Of a stretch of 64,000 nucleotides of DNA, positions 13,317 to 25,100 are shown in pieces (the stretch's first letter is position 1; each line of letters opens with the position of its first letter). Location: contig NC_087251.1 in the NCBI RefSeq assembly GCF_037042905.1, positions 1,054,001 through 1,118,000 of the forward strand, in the 5' to 3' direction. This stretch comes from Lytechinus pictus (Eukaryota). The translations under genes were made by a program, and so were the position numbers. The notes under the pieces were generated by a model that saw only the letters and a list, made by a program, of their open reading frames with translations, was not told where the DNA came from and ran no database searches.

Positions 13317-15035
13317 CAGGCCTCTACAAAAAAAGAATCATCACTTGCCCTGTCGGGCAAGTGATAAAAAAATTTGCTTGCCCGATAGAAAAAACTGCTT
13401 GCCCGATTTTTTTTCAAAAATTCTTTTGCTCTTAATTATTCTTTTCTGTCCTGGCTGAACTTGATTTACTGGCGCTGCCTTTGGCATTTCTTTTTCTTGA
13501 CTCTTGTTCAAGTTGTTCTGGTCGCCGATCACGAAGACAAAAGTCGCCTATTTTAGTCTGACGACTCATTGTTTATTTGGTTTGAAGTTGAAGCCGAGTC
13601 CTGGCCAGGGTGACAAGATTTCACAAAATGAAATACAGGGCAATCAACAAAAAAAAAAGATCAAGAAAGAAGGCTACACAGTGTTAGACTTGTGAAAAAA
13701 AATATTCAGAATTGGAAGGGAGGGTGAACAAAAGAATGAAGGATAGAAAGAAAAGAGATGAATTGAGAAGTAAGAAAGAAAAAATGAAGGGGAAAATGAA
13801 GGAAATATAAGAAAGTTCTAATAAAAGAAGGATGAGAGAGAGAATAAAAATAGATAAAAAGGTTTCCGTCATTCTTTGAATTGAAGATAGAAAGAAAAAA
13901 AAGAAAAGAAGGGAAGATGAATAAATGTGTGCAAGTCAAAATAAAGAAGAGAAAGACAAAAAGAAAGTAAGAAAAAAGGAGGAGGAAAGAAAATGTTTCC
14001 TTCATTCTTGGAAAGAAAGAAACAAAGCAAGAAGAAAACAGGAAGGAAGGAGGGAAAGAATGAAGGAAGAAAGGGAAAGAAAGTATAAGGGAAAATAATA
14101 AGGACAAAATGAAAGAAATAATGAAAGAAAAAAAGGAGGAAAGAGCGGGAGGAAAGAATGAAGGTAGGCCAGAATGAAAAAAAGAAGAAAATAATGGAAG
14201 GAGAGAAAGAACGAAAATAAAAACGAGTGGAAGGGAGAAGGAATGAAGGAAATAAAAAAAAAGGTAATGTAATAAAGAAGGCAAGTAAGAGAAAGAAGGA
14301 AAGAAAGAAAATGGACAGAGAGAGAGAGAAAGGATCAGGAAATAAAAATAGATATGTAACAAAAAAGGGCAAGAAGGAAGGATAGAAGGATAGAAAAGAA
14401 AGAAAGAGGAAAAAGTTCAAACTTCAAGCAAATAAAAACAATCCAATCATATAACCAAAATCCTAAAATGATATTTGATGTTTTTTTATATATTTAAAAA
14501 AAAATAAAAAAATAAAATGTTTTAGAAATGAATAAAATACGGGACGTCTGGTCACCCTGGTCCTGGCTGAGTCAGTCCGAAGCTTGCATGCATTCAGCAT
14601 GATCTAGCTCGAGAGTCGACTGGCTCGCGATCGCTTGTGTACGTCCGTACATGTACTGTAGCGCTGATGTATTAGAGCATGTGCTCAGAGGGCGAGAGAG
14701 GAGTTTCCCCAGCTAGCTCCTTCGTCGATTAGTAGCGCATGCGCACAGTGTAGTTTAGAAAGTAAAATGGCTGCCCCCATCGGCATCGAACGGGACCGCT
14801 GGCGATAAAATGTCGGTAAATTGGCGCTGATTTGACATGTTTCCACTGTTTTTTTACTGGTATGACATTGTATGAGAGATAATTGCAATTTATAAAAAAA
14901 TTATTAAACTTTACTGTCAATTTATCTTTTTCATTTTCAAAACAGGCACTTGCCCGATCGGGCAATTGACTTTGAAAAATGCTTGCCCGCACGTCAATTT
15001 CTCTTGCCCCGGGCAAGCGGGTTTGTCGCGCCCTG
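13317..15035. mobile_element. Non-autonomous DNA transposon with 7-bp TSD and CTTGCCCG subterminal repeats
   Basis: Imperfect TIRs caggcctctacaaa / tttgtcgcgccctg. GTTTATG at 13310-13316 and 15036-15042. Multiple cttgcccg/cgggcaag motifs at both ends. Confidence 0.8.
13606..14559. mobile_element. hAT-like non-autonomous element nested in 13317-15035
   Basis: TIRs cagggtgacaaga / tctggtcaccctg. Exact 8-bp TSD GTCCTGGC at 13598-13605 and 14560-14567. GA-rich low-complexity interior. Confidence 0.85.
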
Positions 15036-16158
15036 GTTTATGAAGATATCCGTGTTTTCTGTGACAATCCCAATTTTTTACCTGCGCCTCTACTAAAAGT
15101 CCAATGTCTGGATGTCCAACACATATCGACCACTTCTTTTGAAACCGGCCACCTTGTCCTTGCGCGCATGAAGTCAGATGATTGCGTATAACAATCACTA
15201 TGCGCTGGAGAGTAGGAACAATATTACGATAAGAATCAATTTTACAAGAGAAAAAGAGGGATAATAAGGTAAGAAAATTGTAGAAATTATCAAAATAATA
15301 TTGACCAGACCCGAACCCCACTGCCAAATAGCTGTTAATACCGGAAATCCAAAAGGAAACTGCTTTTGAACAAATAATCCGTCGTCGGTGGTCGAATCCT
15401 GTGTCGGAGCTTGCGATGGAAGTAGCAAGACAATCAACCAGCATGATGACATCATAGAACTGACTTGGAAGAGTCAAAATATTTCGCCAGCGCGACAAGA
15501 ATCGGCGGTAAATTTAGTGCATGGCGGGTGGTCGGTCCTAAAAAAGGGGTGCAAATGAGAATATTTGAAATCATCGCATTTGTTGATCGCTGATATCTAC
15601 GTGCATAGAATCTGAGTCGTCTAATCATGGGATTCTGATCTGCTCAATTTTCTGCACAAATGAGATAAAAACAGGGTAAAGCTGATGAGTTGAGATGCAT
15701 CTTTTTACTTGCACTATAGTTTAGTTTTGTTCAACTGCACCAAATGTCATACTGTCTTTTTGTGATTGCGGCCTCAGCCAAGTACGACTATACTCTGTAA
15801 AGAGGACTGTACTCAACAGAAGAAGAATATTTTTGCAGATATGATGCTTAGAAAATTAGGGTAGGTCGGTCCAACCATACAACTCTATGGAAAATTCTCC
15901 ATATATTGTACATGCTGGTTCCCAATAAAATGTAAAGAAAGGTACTAGATAGAGATGATTCTGAAGAAATAAATCTTCTTTTTTTTTACAAAATAAATCT
16001 AACCAGTAGATTTGCTTTACTATACTCTCTGTTGAACTTTTTAACCAGCAACAAATTGAAAATAGAAAAGTCTCATTTTTTTCTACAAAATTTTATTTTG
16101 AAAAAAGAGAAGTAACAAACAGATTTTATTGTTATTAATTTGCATCATTCATTCACAG

Positions 16159-19100
16159 GGAGTGGCAGCAATTTTATTCATGGAACAATTCAGCCATTCT
16201 CCAGACCTCAGCATGGGATGATCTCAAGGATTATGACAGAGTTAAGATCACTCGTGAAGGAACATAAAGTAAGTGCTACCAGCGTCCTCCCCTAAACTTC
16301 AGTGTAGATGATCTGTGGGGGTATTGCCCCACCCAAACTGGACTGTTGATCCCAAACCCATAAGAAAAAGGGATATCAGACCATGTGATATACATCCTAT
16401 AATTGAATTTGATTGACGATGCATGTTTCATTCTATAGACTTTCTGTTGCCTTGGCACCAGATGACACAATAATCTTCATTCTACTAGTCTTTGCCTTTT
16501 CACACATGAATGATCAATATAAATAATTTTGACAGCTGTGACACTTAGTCTTTTGTTGCCATATTTCCAACAAGAAAATAAATGATCTCAATATTAAACC
16601 TCAAGTGCTTGAATATTTCTTATTGATTGCAACAAGAAATAAATATGCTTCTGATTGAAAATCAAGGTGCATGTGTTGTTTTTATGAAATATACTTGAAG
16701 ACATATGTTACTGGTACATCTGTTTTCTTTCTTTCCTTAGGCCAAAAGAATCTTTATGCTAGGGTTAATAGGGGCATTGTGTATCATCATCATGCTCCTA
16801 TGGTGCCAATCAACTAACAGTATAGGTAAGACAACACATACCCCTTTGAAAATCTATTATTCAGATTTAAATGGGACATAAGCAATGGTATACATAGAGT
16901 GCTTCCTCATGACTAAAATCACTTTGATTATTAGTAATTAACAAGTGACTAAAGCAGGATTATTAGAGGTACATGTATCAGTGAGAAGATGTGATTATTA
17001 TGCTAACGCAAACAATGCAACAAAAAAAGGAGACTTTTACCTTCAAAATTGATTGGCTGGTGGGGGGGGGGAGAAGGTCCTCTGCATTTTCAATACTGTT
17101 TTTAACCCCTAAACCTGAATATGGCTGGAAGAGAGACGGAGATTATTATTCTCAAATGCGATAGTCATATTTTCAACATATGAAAAAGAGATTTAATGGG
17201 TTCTACACTCTTGTAAATTTAAATATTAAATGAAACTCTATATAATTTAAACTTTTATTCACCAAAGCTTTAGACGGGCTTAAATCAATTATTTTCTTTT
17301 GTATATATATTTTTTAGCTTTGACAGCATTCACCTATATTATATTGTTTGACGTTCTATCTCTTGGTGTTTGTCTCATCACCATCTGGGTCACCAAGCAA
17401 AAACCTTCAAGCATTTATACTTATGGGTAAGTCAATTTTTTCTTTTGCGTAAATGACTATGTAATCAAGCAAAAACCTTCAAGCATTTATACTTATGGGT
17501 AAGTCAATTTTTTCTTTTGCGTACATGACTATGTAATCAAGCAAAAACCTCCAAGCATTTATACTTAAACTATTGGGTAAGTCAAGTTTCCATTTGTGTG
17601 GAAGACTATCTATGTTAATCCAGCAAAATCTTTAAGCATTTGTACTTATGTGCAAGTCAACTTTCTCTTCGTGTGAATGACTGTCGATATTAATCAAGCA
17701 AAAACTTTAGCTTGTAAACTTGTGTTGGTTAATTTTACATTTCAGTGAATGACTATCTATGTTAATCTCAAACCTTCAAGCATTTAATGCTGATAGAGTT
17801 TGATTTGGATGATTATATTAAATGCAAAGAACAAATATGTAAATTATAATGCATTGAGTACATGTATGTGATAATGGATTGTGCTCCTCAATTCTATGTT
17901 TTTGTTTTGATAATGATAATAATAATATTCCGCATTTATATAGCGCTTAATACATCGGAACGACGTCTCTAAGCGCTTTACAGACATATTATTACCCCGG
18001 TCATCGGATCCTTGCATGCCCGCATACAATGTATGCACCTTCTCCACACCCTGGGGAGCATTCCAACAAGAGTTTCAAGACTCAATTGCTAGGCATACTA
18101 CATATAGGCTTTCACATCCTACCGGGTACCCATTTAACACCTGGGTGGAGAGTGGCAAAGTGTGGATTAACGCCTTGCCAAAGGATGCTAGGCCATGGTG
18201 GGATCTGAACACATGACCCTCTGATTACAAGGCTAGATTTTAGGTTAATCACTATTTCTTTATTGCAGGTACGAACGATTTGAGGTCCTAGCAGTATTCT
18301 CAACAACAGTGCTTGCCATATTTGGTTCTATATTCATTATGAAAGAAAGGTAATGTTATACACAATGCTATCATAGTAATTCTTGTAAATTGAAATATAA
18401 TTTCAATGCATGTGAAATTGCATACTGTACTAATTGGTAATATATTAATCATAGAGAAAATATATTTTGTGACCCATTACGGCCATAAACATAAATTTGT
18501 CTCAAGTGTCTTCCATCATATTTTCTTTGTGTCTTTGTGATAAAATTTTTATTTGTTAAAATTGATAATGATTTATACCTACATGTGAAATTGTTTACGT
18601 CAATGATTTATGTCAATCATTGTTTAAACATTTACACAAGGAATGAGCTCATTTAAAATTAAGTGATATTCATGAAATGCATTTTGATAGCCTATACCAT
18701 ATGATTTTACAATGAAGTTTATGAACATGTTTTTCTTATAAAGACTGGAATACTGTCGAGTACATTGAGTCTTTTAAAATTATTGCCTAGTTTTACAAAC
18801 AATTTTATCCTTGATCTTAGGTCAGTAATATACTAGATAACTTTAACTGTAATTCAGAGCAGTAAAATGTATCAACCTAGATTCATTCTTATCATTCTCA
18901 TTGCAGTACTGAGCGAATCATTCAGCCCCCAGAGATACACACTGGTAGGCTAATGTTAGGAGCCATCTTAGGTCTATTCAGTCATCTGGTCCTATTATAC
19001 GGGTCTAGGAACCAAGCTTTTAGTCATGTTAGTACAGCATCTAAGAGCAGCTGGTTACAAGAACACTTTGCTGATATTTGCCAGAGGTGAGAAATATGTT

Positions 19101-22100
19101 GTTGAAAGGGTGGTAGGGTAGAAAGATTCAACGAATATAAACAGTGATGCTTTGCAATGTCAGTTATGATTATGAATCAATCATTTATATTATTGTGTAG
19201 TGAAATTCTTTATCAAACTCTCCTCTTGCTGGCTTGCAATTCTTTTTATTTTATTTAATGATGTTGTGATATATCAGGATTCCACTACGTTTTGTAAAGT
19301 TACTAAAGGGGGGGAAAGTAGATTAAACAAAATAATAGTAAATGGCTAAATGCAATGATTTTTGTGAAAATATTTTCAAGTAATAATTTCTTGGAAACTA
19401 TTTGAGCAAGCCAATAAAATGTAAAAACTTTCGAAAGAAAAGGAAGAAATATGCAAAACTCTTGAGAGTCTTTAAGTAAATTCATATCTTGTATTCAATT
19501 TATGGATTTATTTGATATGAAATTATTAAGATTATCATTTTTTTTCACCTCTTTCTACACACATTCTCATTCAATGTCATGTATTTGATTTGCCGTGTTT
19601 GTTTTCTTTATTTAGTTTTTGTACAGTAGTTCCTGGCTTAGATCATTTACTACTACCGAGAGTGAATCCATTCATTCTAATTGGATTATGCAGTATGTTA
19701 TCACTCTGTGTGACTGACTTCCTGGTTGATATGAAGTAAGTTATTACTGTGTACTAAAACATTTATAGCCATTATAGGCACTGTTTCATTCAATTTTCTC
19801 ATTATTCACTGATAATAATTTACTGTTATGAGCCACTGAAATCTGGCAAACCACCCTCATCAGGTTGTAGTACTAGTATGCAATCACTGGATGTTTCTGA
19901 CTTTCTACTTGGTATGGCATGAATCCTTTTCCATGTGTGTCAACTTTAGGAATCTCCCTTTTATTAAACTACTTCAGTCAAGTCCGGGGGGGGGGGGGGT
20001 ACTCGACCAAAAAATTGGTAGGTGTGTCCCGCGGGCGAGACAAAAACCTTAGGGCCTTGGAGCGAAAGGAAGGTCCTCGGAACGGGCTTCGGAACTACAA
20101 ATGTTTGTGAAAACGGGGGTCCTTGGAACGGGTCACTTGCGTGTGCAACCCTATTGAATGGGCATACGTGTATGCAGCTAGCCCAGCGGCACGGGCGCCG
20201 GGTGCGCTCGCGCAGAGGCGATGGTTGGACAGCGCTCAGCGGCCGCTTTTCGCCAAAATTGCAGCTCATTGTGGCGGATCAATGCGACCGGAACGGCGTA
20301 ACGAAAAATATGCGAAGCTTTGGAGCGGATTTCTTTCTTCTTTTCTCTCGATAAGAAGAAAATGCTATGCTTCGGAGCGGCTTTTTTAGTTCTTTTTTCT
20401 TAATAAGATGAAAATGCTATGCCCTGGAACGGAAAATTGAGTGTAAAAATTAAGCCTGAGTCGAATCGATTTTAAAATCGTTGTTCGATCGATGTCGAGC
20501 GCCGGTGCAGATTTTGCAAAATCGCTGCATCGAAAAAAAAAAATGGTCAGCCGCAGCCGATTCGTTAGGTTCACACAATCATCAAAATAAACAGTAATGT
20601 CCAACTTGACTACTACTTACTTGATTTATATTCCCCCAAAATGAAACCGATTGTGCAATTATGATGCCTATTCACCATTGATTTGAAGTTTATTTCTTCG
20701 ATGATTTCAATCATAGTTCAAGTCTTACTCGTCTGCTCGTGCCGACATAATTTATGCACGATGAATTCATGAATGGAAGTCATCGCCATCGATCGTGCAT
20801 GCGCAGTACTGTGCTTTAATCAAACAAGAAAATTGCCGAGAAATTGACGCGATCAACATAAAATATACCTTGCATTCATGAACAATATGAATATAATGAT
20901 ATTTAATCGTAATATTTAACAATAATTTGCATATGATAATCATTAATATGCATTTAGAGCTTGATGTGAGACGTTTGTATTTCGTTTCAATTTTCAATGA
21001 CGGACATCACATGACGATCGACTTGAGTGAGTGCACTTGTCTAAGAAAAAATTATCACTTCAGAATTGATTCTCGAACATTGTCAATTAACATGCAGAAA
21101 CTCTTTTCAAGATCGTAATATCACCATATAATAACATTTTACATGACAAAACAGAGAAAATTGCGTTTGATATTTTTTTCCATCAATTTGAAGCTAGTTT
21201 GTGCCCAACTTTGGGCTCTGATTTCATGAATGGAAAATATGTCATACGTCATCGAACGCGCATGCGCATTGTGCTTCTTTTCTCGGAGACGTCTTGATGT
21301 AATAAAAATAAAAATAATGACAGTTTTAATACTTCCATATGAACATAACATACTTTGCTGACATCGTCAACTTAATCGTCAATATTTTTAGTATGGCTAT
21401 AAAATCTTATTAAATCGTAATTATTTAACATCCAATAATAATTTATATGAATTCAGAGCTCGATCCGAGACATTCGTATTTATTTCAATCGCATGCTCTT
21501 GTGTCTACAATAAAAAAAATGGATTATCATATCAGGATTAATTCTCGAACATCGTCATAACTCATATTCCACAATCTTTCCTCACAATCGTTATATTAGC
21601 ATTAAATACCAATTCAAATGATCATCCAGAGAAAATTACGTATTATATTTATTCTCATCAATTTGGAGCTAATTTTGGATCCAACTACACGATCTCAGGC
21701 AAGTTACAGTGCTCTCCGCTGGGTGCACTTGTTTGCTGGCTGGCAAGCACGCCTGTCGTTTCGGGAGAGTGAGTGTACGGTATGGGGCTGCGGACGGGGC
21801 GGCTAGGTGTGTGGGAGTCTGGACTGCGAATGCTAGTTGACCGAAAATCATTTGGGTCGACTCTGCGTGATTCATGTCTTTAATATTGTTTCATTTTAAA
21901 CTTATGTGTTGTCATCTGAAAATAACATTGTTGAAGATATTTTGGGAAGAATTCTGCTTTGGTCTCCAGCCTTTTTGTGTGTTTTGTGATCATGGAAAAT
22001 ACAAACGAACTTTGCTCCGTCGTCAGTGCCAGTGCAGTGCGTACATAGCGCATCACGGCCGGAGCAAAATAAAATTGACTCGATTTTCCCCGCCATCAAC

Positions 22101-25100
22101 ATTCGATGCATCGATGTTCGATCGAATTAAAGCTGTCGAACACCGGTTTTCAAAATAATCAATATGACTCAGGCTTAGTAAAAATGGGGGTCCCCTCCGC
22201 GGCACATACCCACTATGCATTATATACTGAGTGCCCCCCCCCCCTCCCCCCCGGAGTCAAGTATTACCAATTATAAGCTACTTAAATTATCAAATTTGAC
22301 GTACATTGTAGCATTTTTTTTTAAATACTTTTTTTTCAAACGAAATATGCCCCCATGTTAGATTGTAACTATAATATATTACCACACAACAATTTTATTC
22401 TTCCATTTACTAAGATGCATATTGTTAGTCGTTATGTTTATGGACAAGCTCATATTTCCTTCCTCTTGTTAATTTCATCCTATCAATAATCAGTTTATCT
22501 TCGGGTATATTCTTTCATCTAAAAGGAAGGTCTAAACTTCATTATGGTTTGCATTTTTACCACTGCTTCAGCTTGGCATGGAAATTGTTATCAAAACTTA
22601 AGCTCTTAAAGATATAATTATGATGTAATGAATTTGCTTCCCCTTATTTTCATTTCATTTCATTTATTCAATACTTTCATTAAAAAAACATATAGCAATG
22701 TAAATATATACACACATATAAAGGAGTATAGATAAAGAAAACATATAAAAACAAGTAATACAAATGAAAGTATTGGGAGAGGCAGAAAGGCAGAGCCTTA
22801 TATTAAAAGCCAATCTCCATACAGATCAGAAGATTTAAATTTTGAATTGTTGATTAAAAGTAGCAAAGTAAAATTAATTGAAAATAGTACATTTAAAGCA
22901 TACACTCATACATCAACACACATACACCATTATCATTGTTATCATTGTTCGTTGTTTTTTTTCCACAGTAATTTTCACATGGCAGACCCCTTAGCAGCCT
23001 TCTGTATAGCTCTGATGACAGTGGGAACAATGTTTCCAATGAGTGTATATTCTGGCACCATATTACTACAAACCACACCATCGCATATACTGGGGCAACT
23101 GGATAAGAGCTTGAGAGAGGTATGCAGGAACCCTACTAGATGGGAAGGGTATTTGACTATATTACTATACATACACATGACCAGTAAAATTCCTAGGAAG
23201 GGTAGTTTTTGTTGAGATGTGTAATGTTATCTTTCTGGAATTAAAAATTGAGAAAATGGGGTATGTTCATGAAATTATTTGTAGGGTATTGTTTTCCCCA
23301 TATTTAATTTTCATGCGATTGAGAATTCATTGATTAGTTGCATGTTTTGTTGGAGTTACAGGTGCATATTTTTTAGGTAAAAATATTTTAAAGAATGCAT
23401 GTGGATACTGGATGCAAATTTGACCCATAGGAATGATTTATTCAGGGATGGTTTGAAAACCTCTGGCCATGTCTGGGTACAACCATATAGTTGAGTCGCC
23501 TGTTTAATTTAGTCATTACATCAGAATTTAACTCCCCTCGGTGATAATATTTGTCCATTAAGAAAAGCCAATCAGACTCTCATCTTATTGATTTTTAGTT
23601 ATTCTTATATCAGAAGCTATATCCTTGATTGTTTCCTGAAATATTTGTCCCATTCATGATTAAGAGGTAGTTTTATACCAAAATGAAAAAAGAAAGCAGG
23701 GACACACCTTTCTTTATTTAGACATTGCAGTTTTAAATTGAACCTAATACTGTTAGATTTTAGATGGCATCATTTCCACGACCTTTGTATTATTAGTTGT
23801 TTTTTTCATTTTGTCTGGCAATGAATTCAGAGTTTTCATATGAATCTTATAGAAATGTACCAAACTTGAATACAGGGTTTTTATTTTCTGTCTGTGACAA
23901 CTTTTTCTGCAGGCATCTACACTTGATGGAGTATTGGAGTTTCGCAATGAACATTTCTGGACATTATCATTTGGTCAACTTGCTGGGTCACTTCATGTGA
24001 GAGTCAGAAGAGACGCTGATGAACAGGTTTGGAGTTATGTTTTTGTTTTATATTTAAAAGCCCCATCACACTTATTAGAAATCAAGCAGATTTGGTCAGA
24101 ATGAAATGACTGTTCGACCACCAGCTGGTCAAGTTTTTATTCCCGGCTATTTAGCTCTCACATATGGTCAATGTGTTTGGAGTGCTGCTTGAATTTTGTA
24201 AGAGTACTTAGAATGCCTTCAGAAAGCGGTATTAAATGTACTTCGAACACTGTTCGATATTCTTTCCACTTCTGAAATCTCAGAAATTTTTAACTTGATC
24301 AAAACATTTGGAACAGCCACAAGAATTGGCCCAAATATTTCAAAAAAATGCACTCAGAATGCAATCAGAATTTTTAGAATGTAGCACAAATTTTTAATCT
24401 GACTGTATTGTGGCTCATTTTGCCTCTAGTGTGAGTGACTAGTACGTGATGAGTCACCTGTTCAATTTACCGTATTTGAACTCCAGTTGGGTGAATTTGA
24501 GCCCCTTCCCCCTATTTTTTCCTTTCCAGTTTATTCCACTTAATTCTTGCTTATTCGGATGGGGCCTTCAGGGGGATGTTTCAAGAAACATTTTCAATTG
24601 AATGCATAGTTCCCTGTAAATGATATATCAATTTTATTATCATTATTTTTTTGGCATCACCTATGCCTGGGAGGTGAAAAGGAAGCCGAATCACTATGAC
24701 CCATTGGTCTCTCCTGATATAACTGATTGGTGGGAGTGCAGGTGGACCACTACACCGGGGTTTCCCCCCTACTATTATATGAATAATGTAGTGGGTTCTT
24801 AACGTGTAAAGGTGGTGACTCTCCTCTACATGGGGCCTCCATTTAACATCCTATCCAAGGGACAGAGTGATTTCCACTGTTAAATAGCCTGCATCTCTGG
24901 AACAAGGGAGAAACGTTTACACACAACGCAGGCTTCAGTCATCCACCCGTGGTGGACTCAAATATATGACATTTGGTTCGACAAGCAGACGCTTTGCGGA
25001 CTGAGCCAACTCACTCTCAAGCAAATCAATTATGCATTTCAATGAAGTGCAAGACTTGTGACTTATTTTGTTTTTGTCACAATTTACTTGGTTCATTTTA

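Noticed and set aside
13706..14420. 218-aa and 183-aa hydrophobic ORFs
   Set aside because: Reverse translation of a GA-rich tract inside a transposon.
14917..15498. 193-aa minus-strand ORF
   Set aside because: No recognisable domain, non-ATG start, crosses a transposon boundary.
15300..15507. First coding exon of SLC30A6
   Set aside because: The phase-1 frame needed for the next exon is closed by TGA with no following ATG; could only be non-coding.
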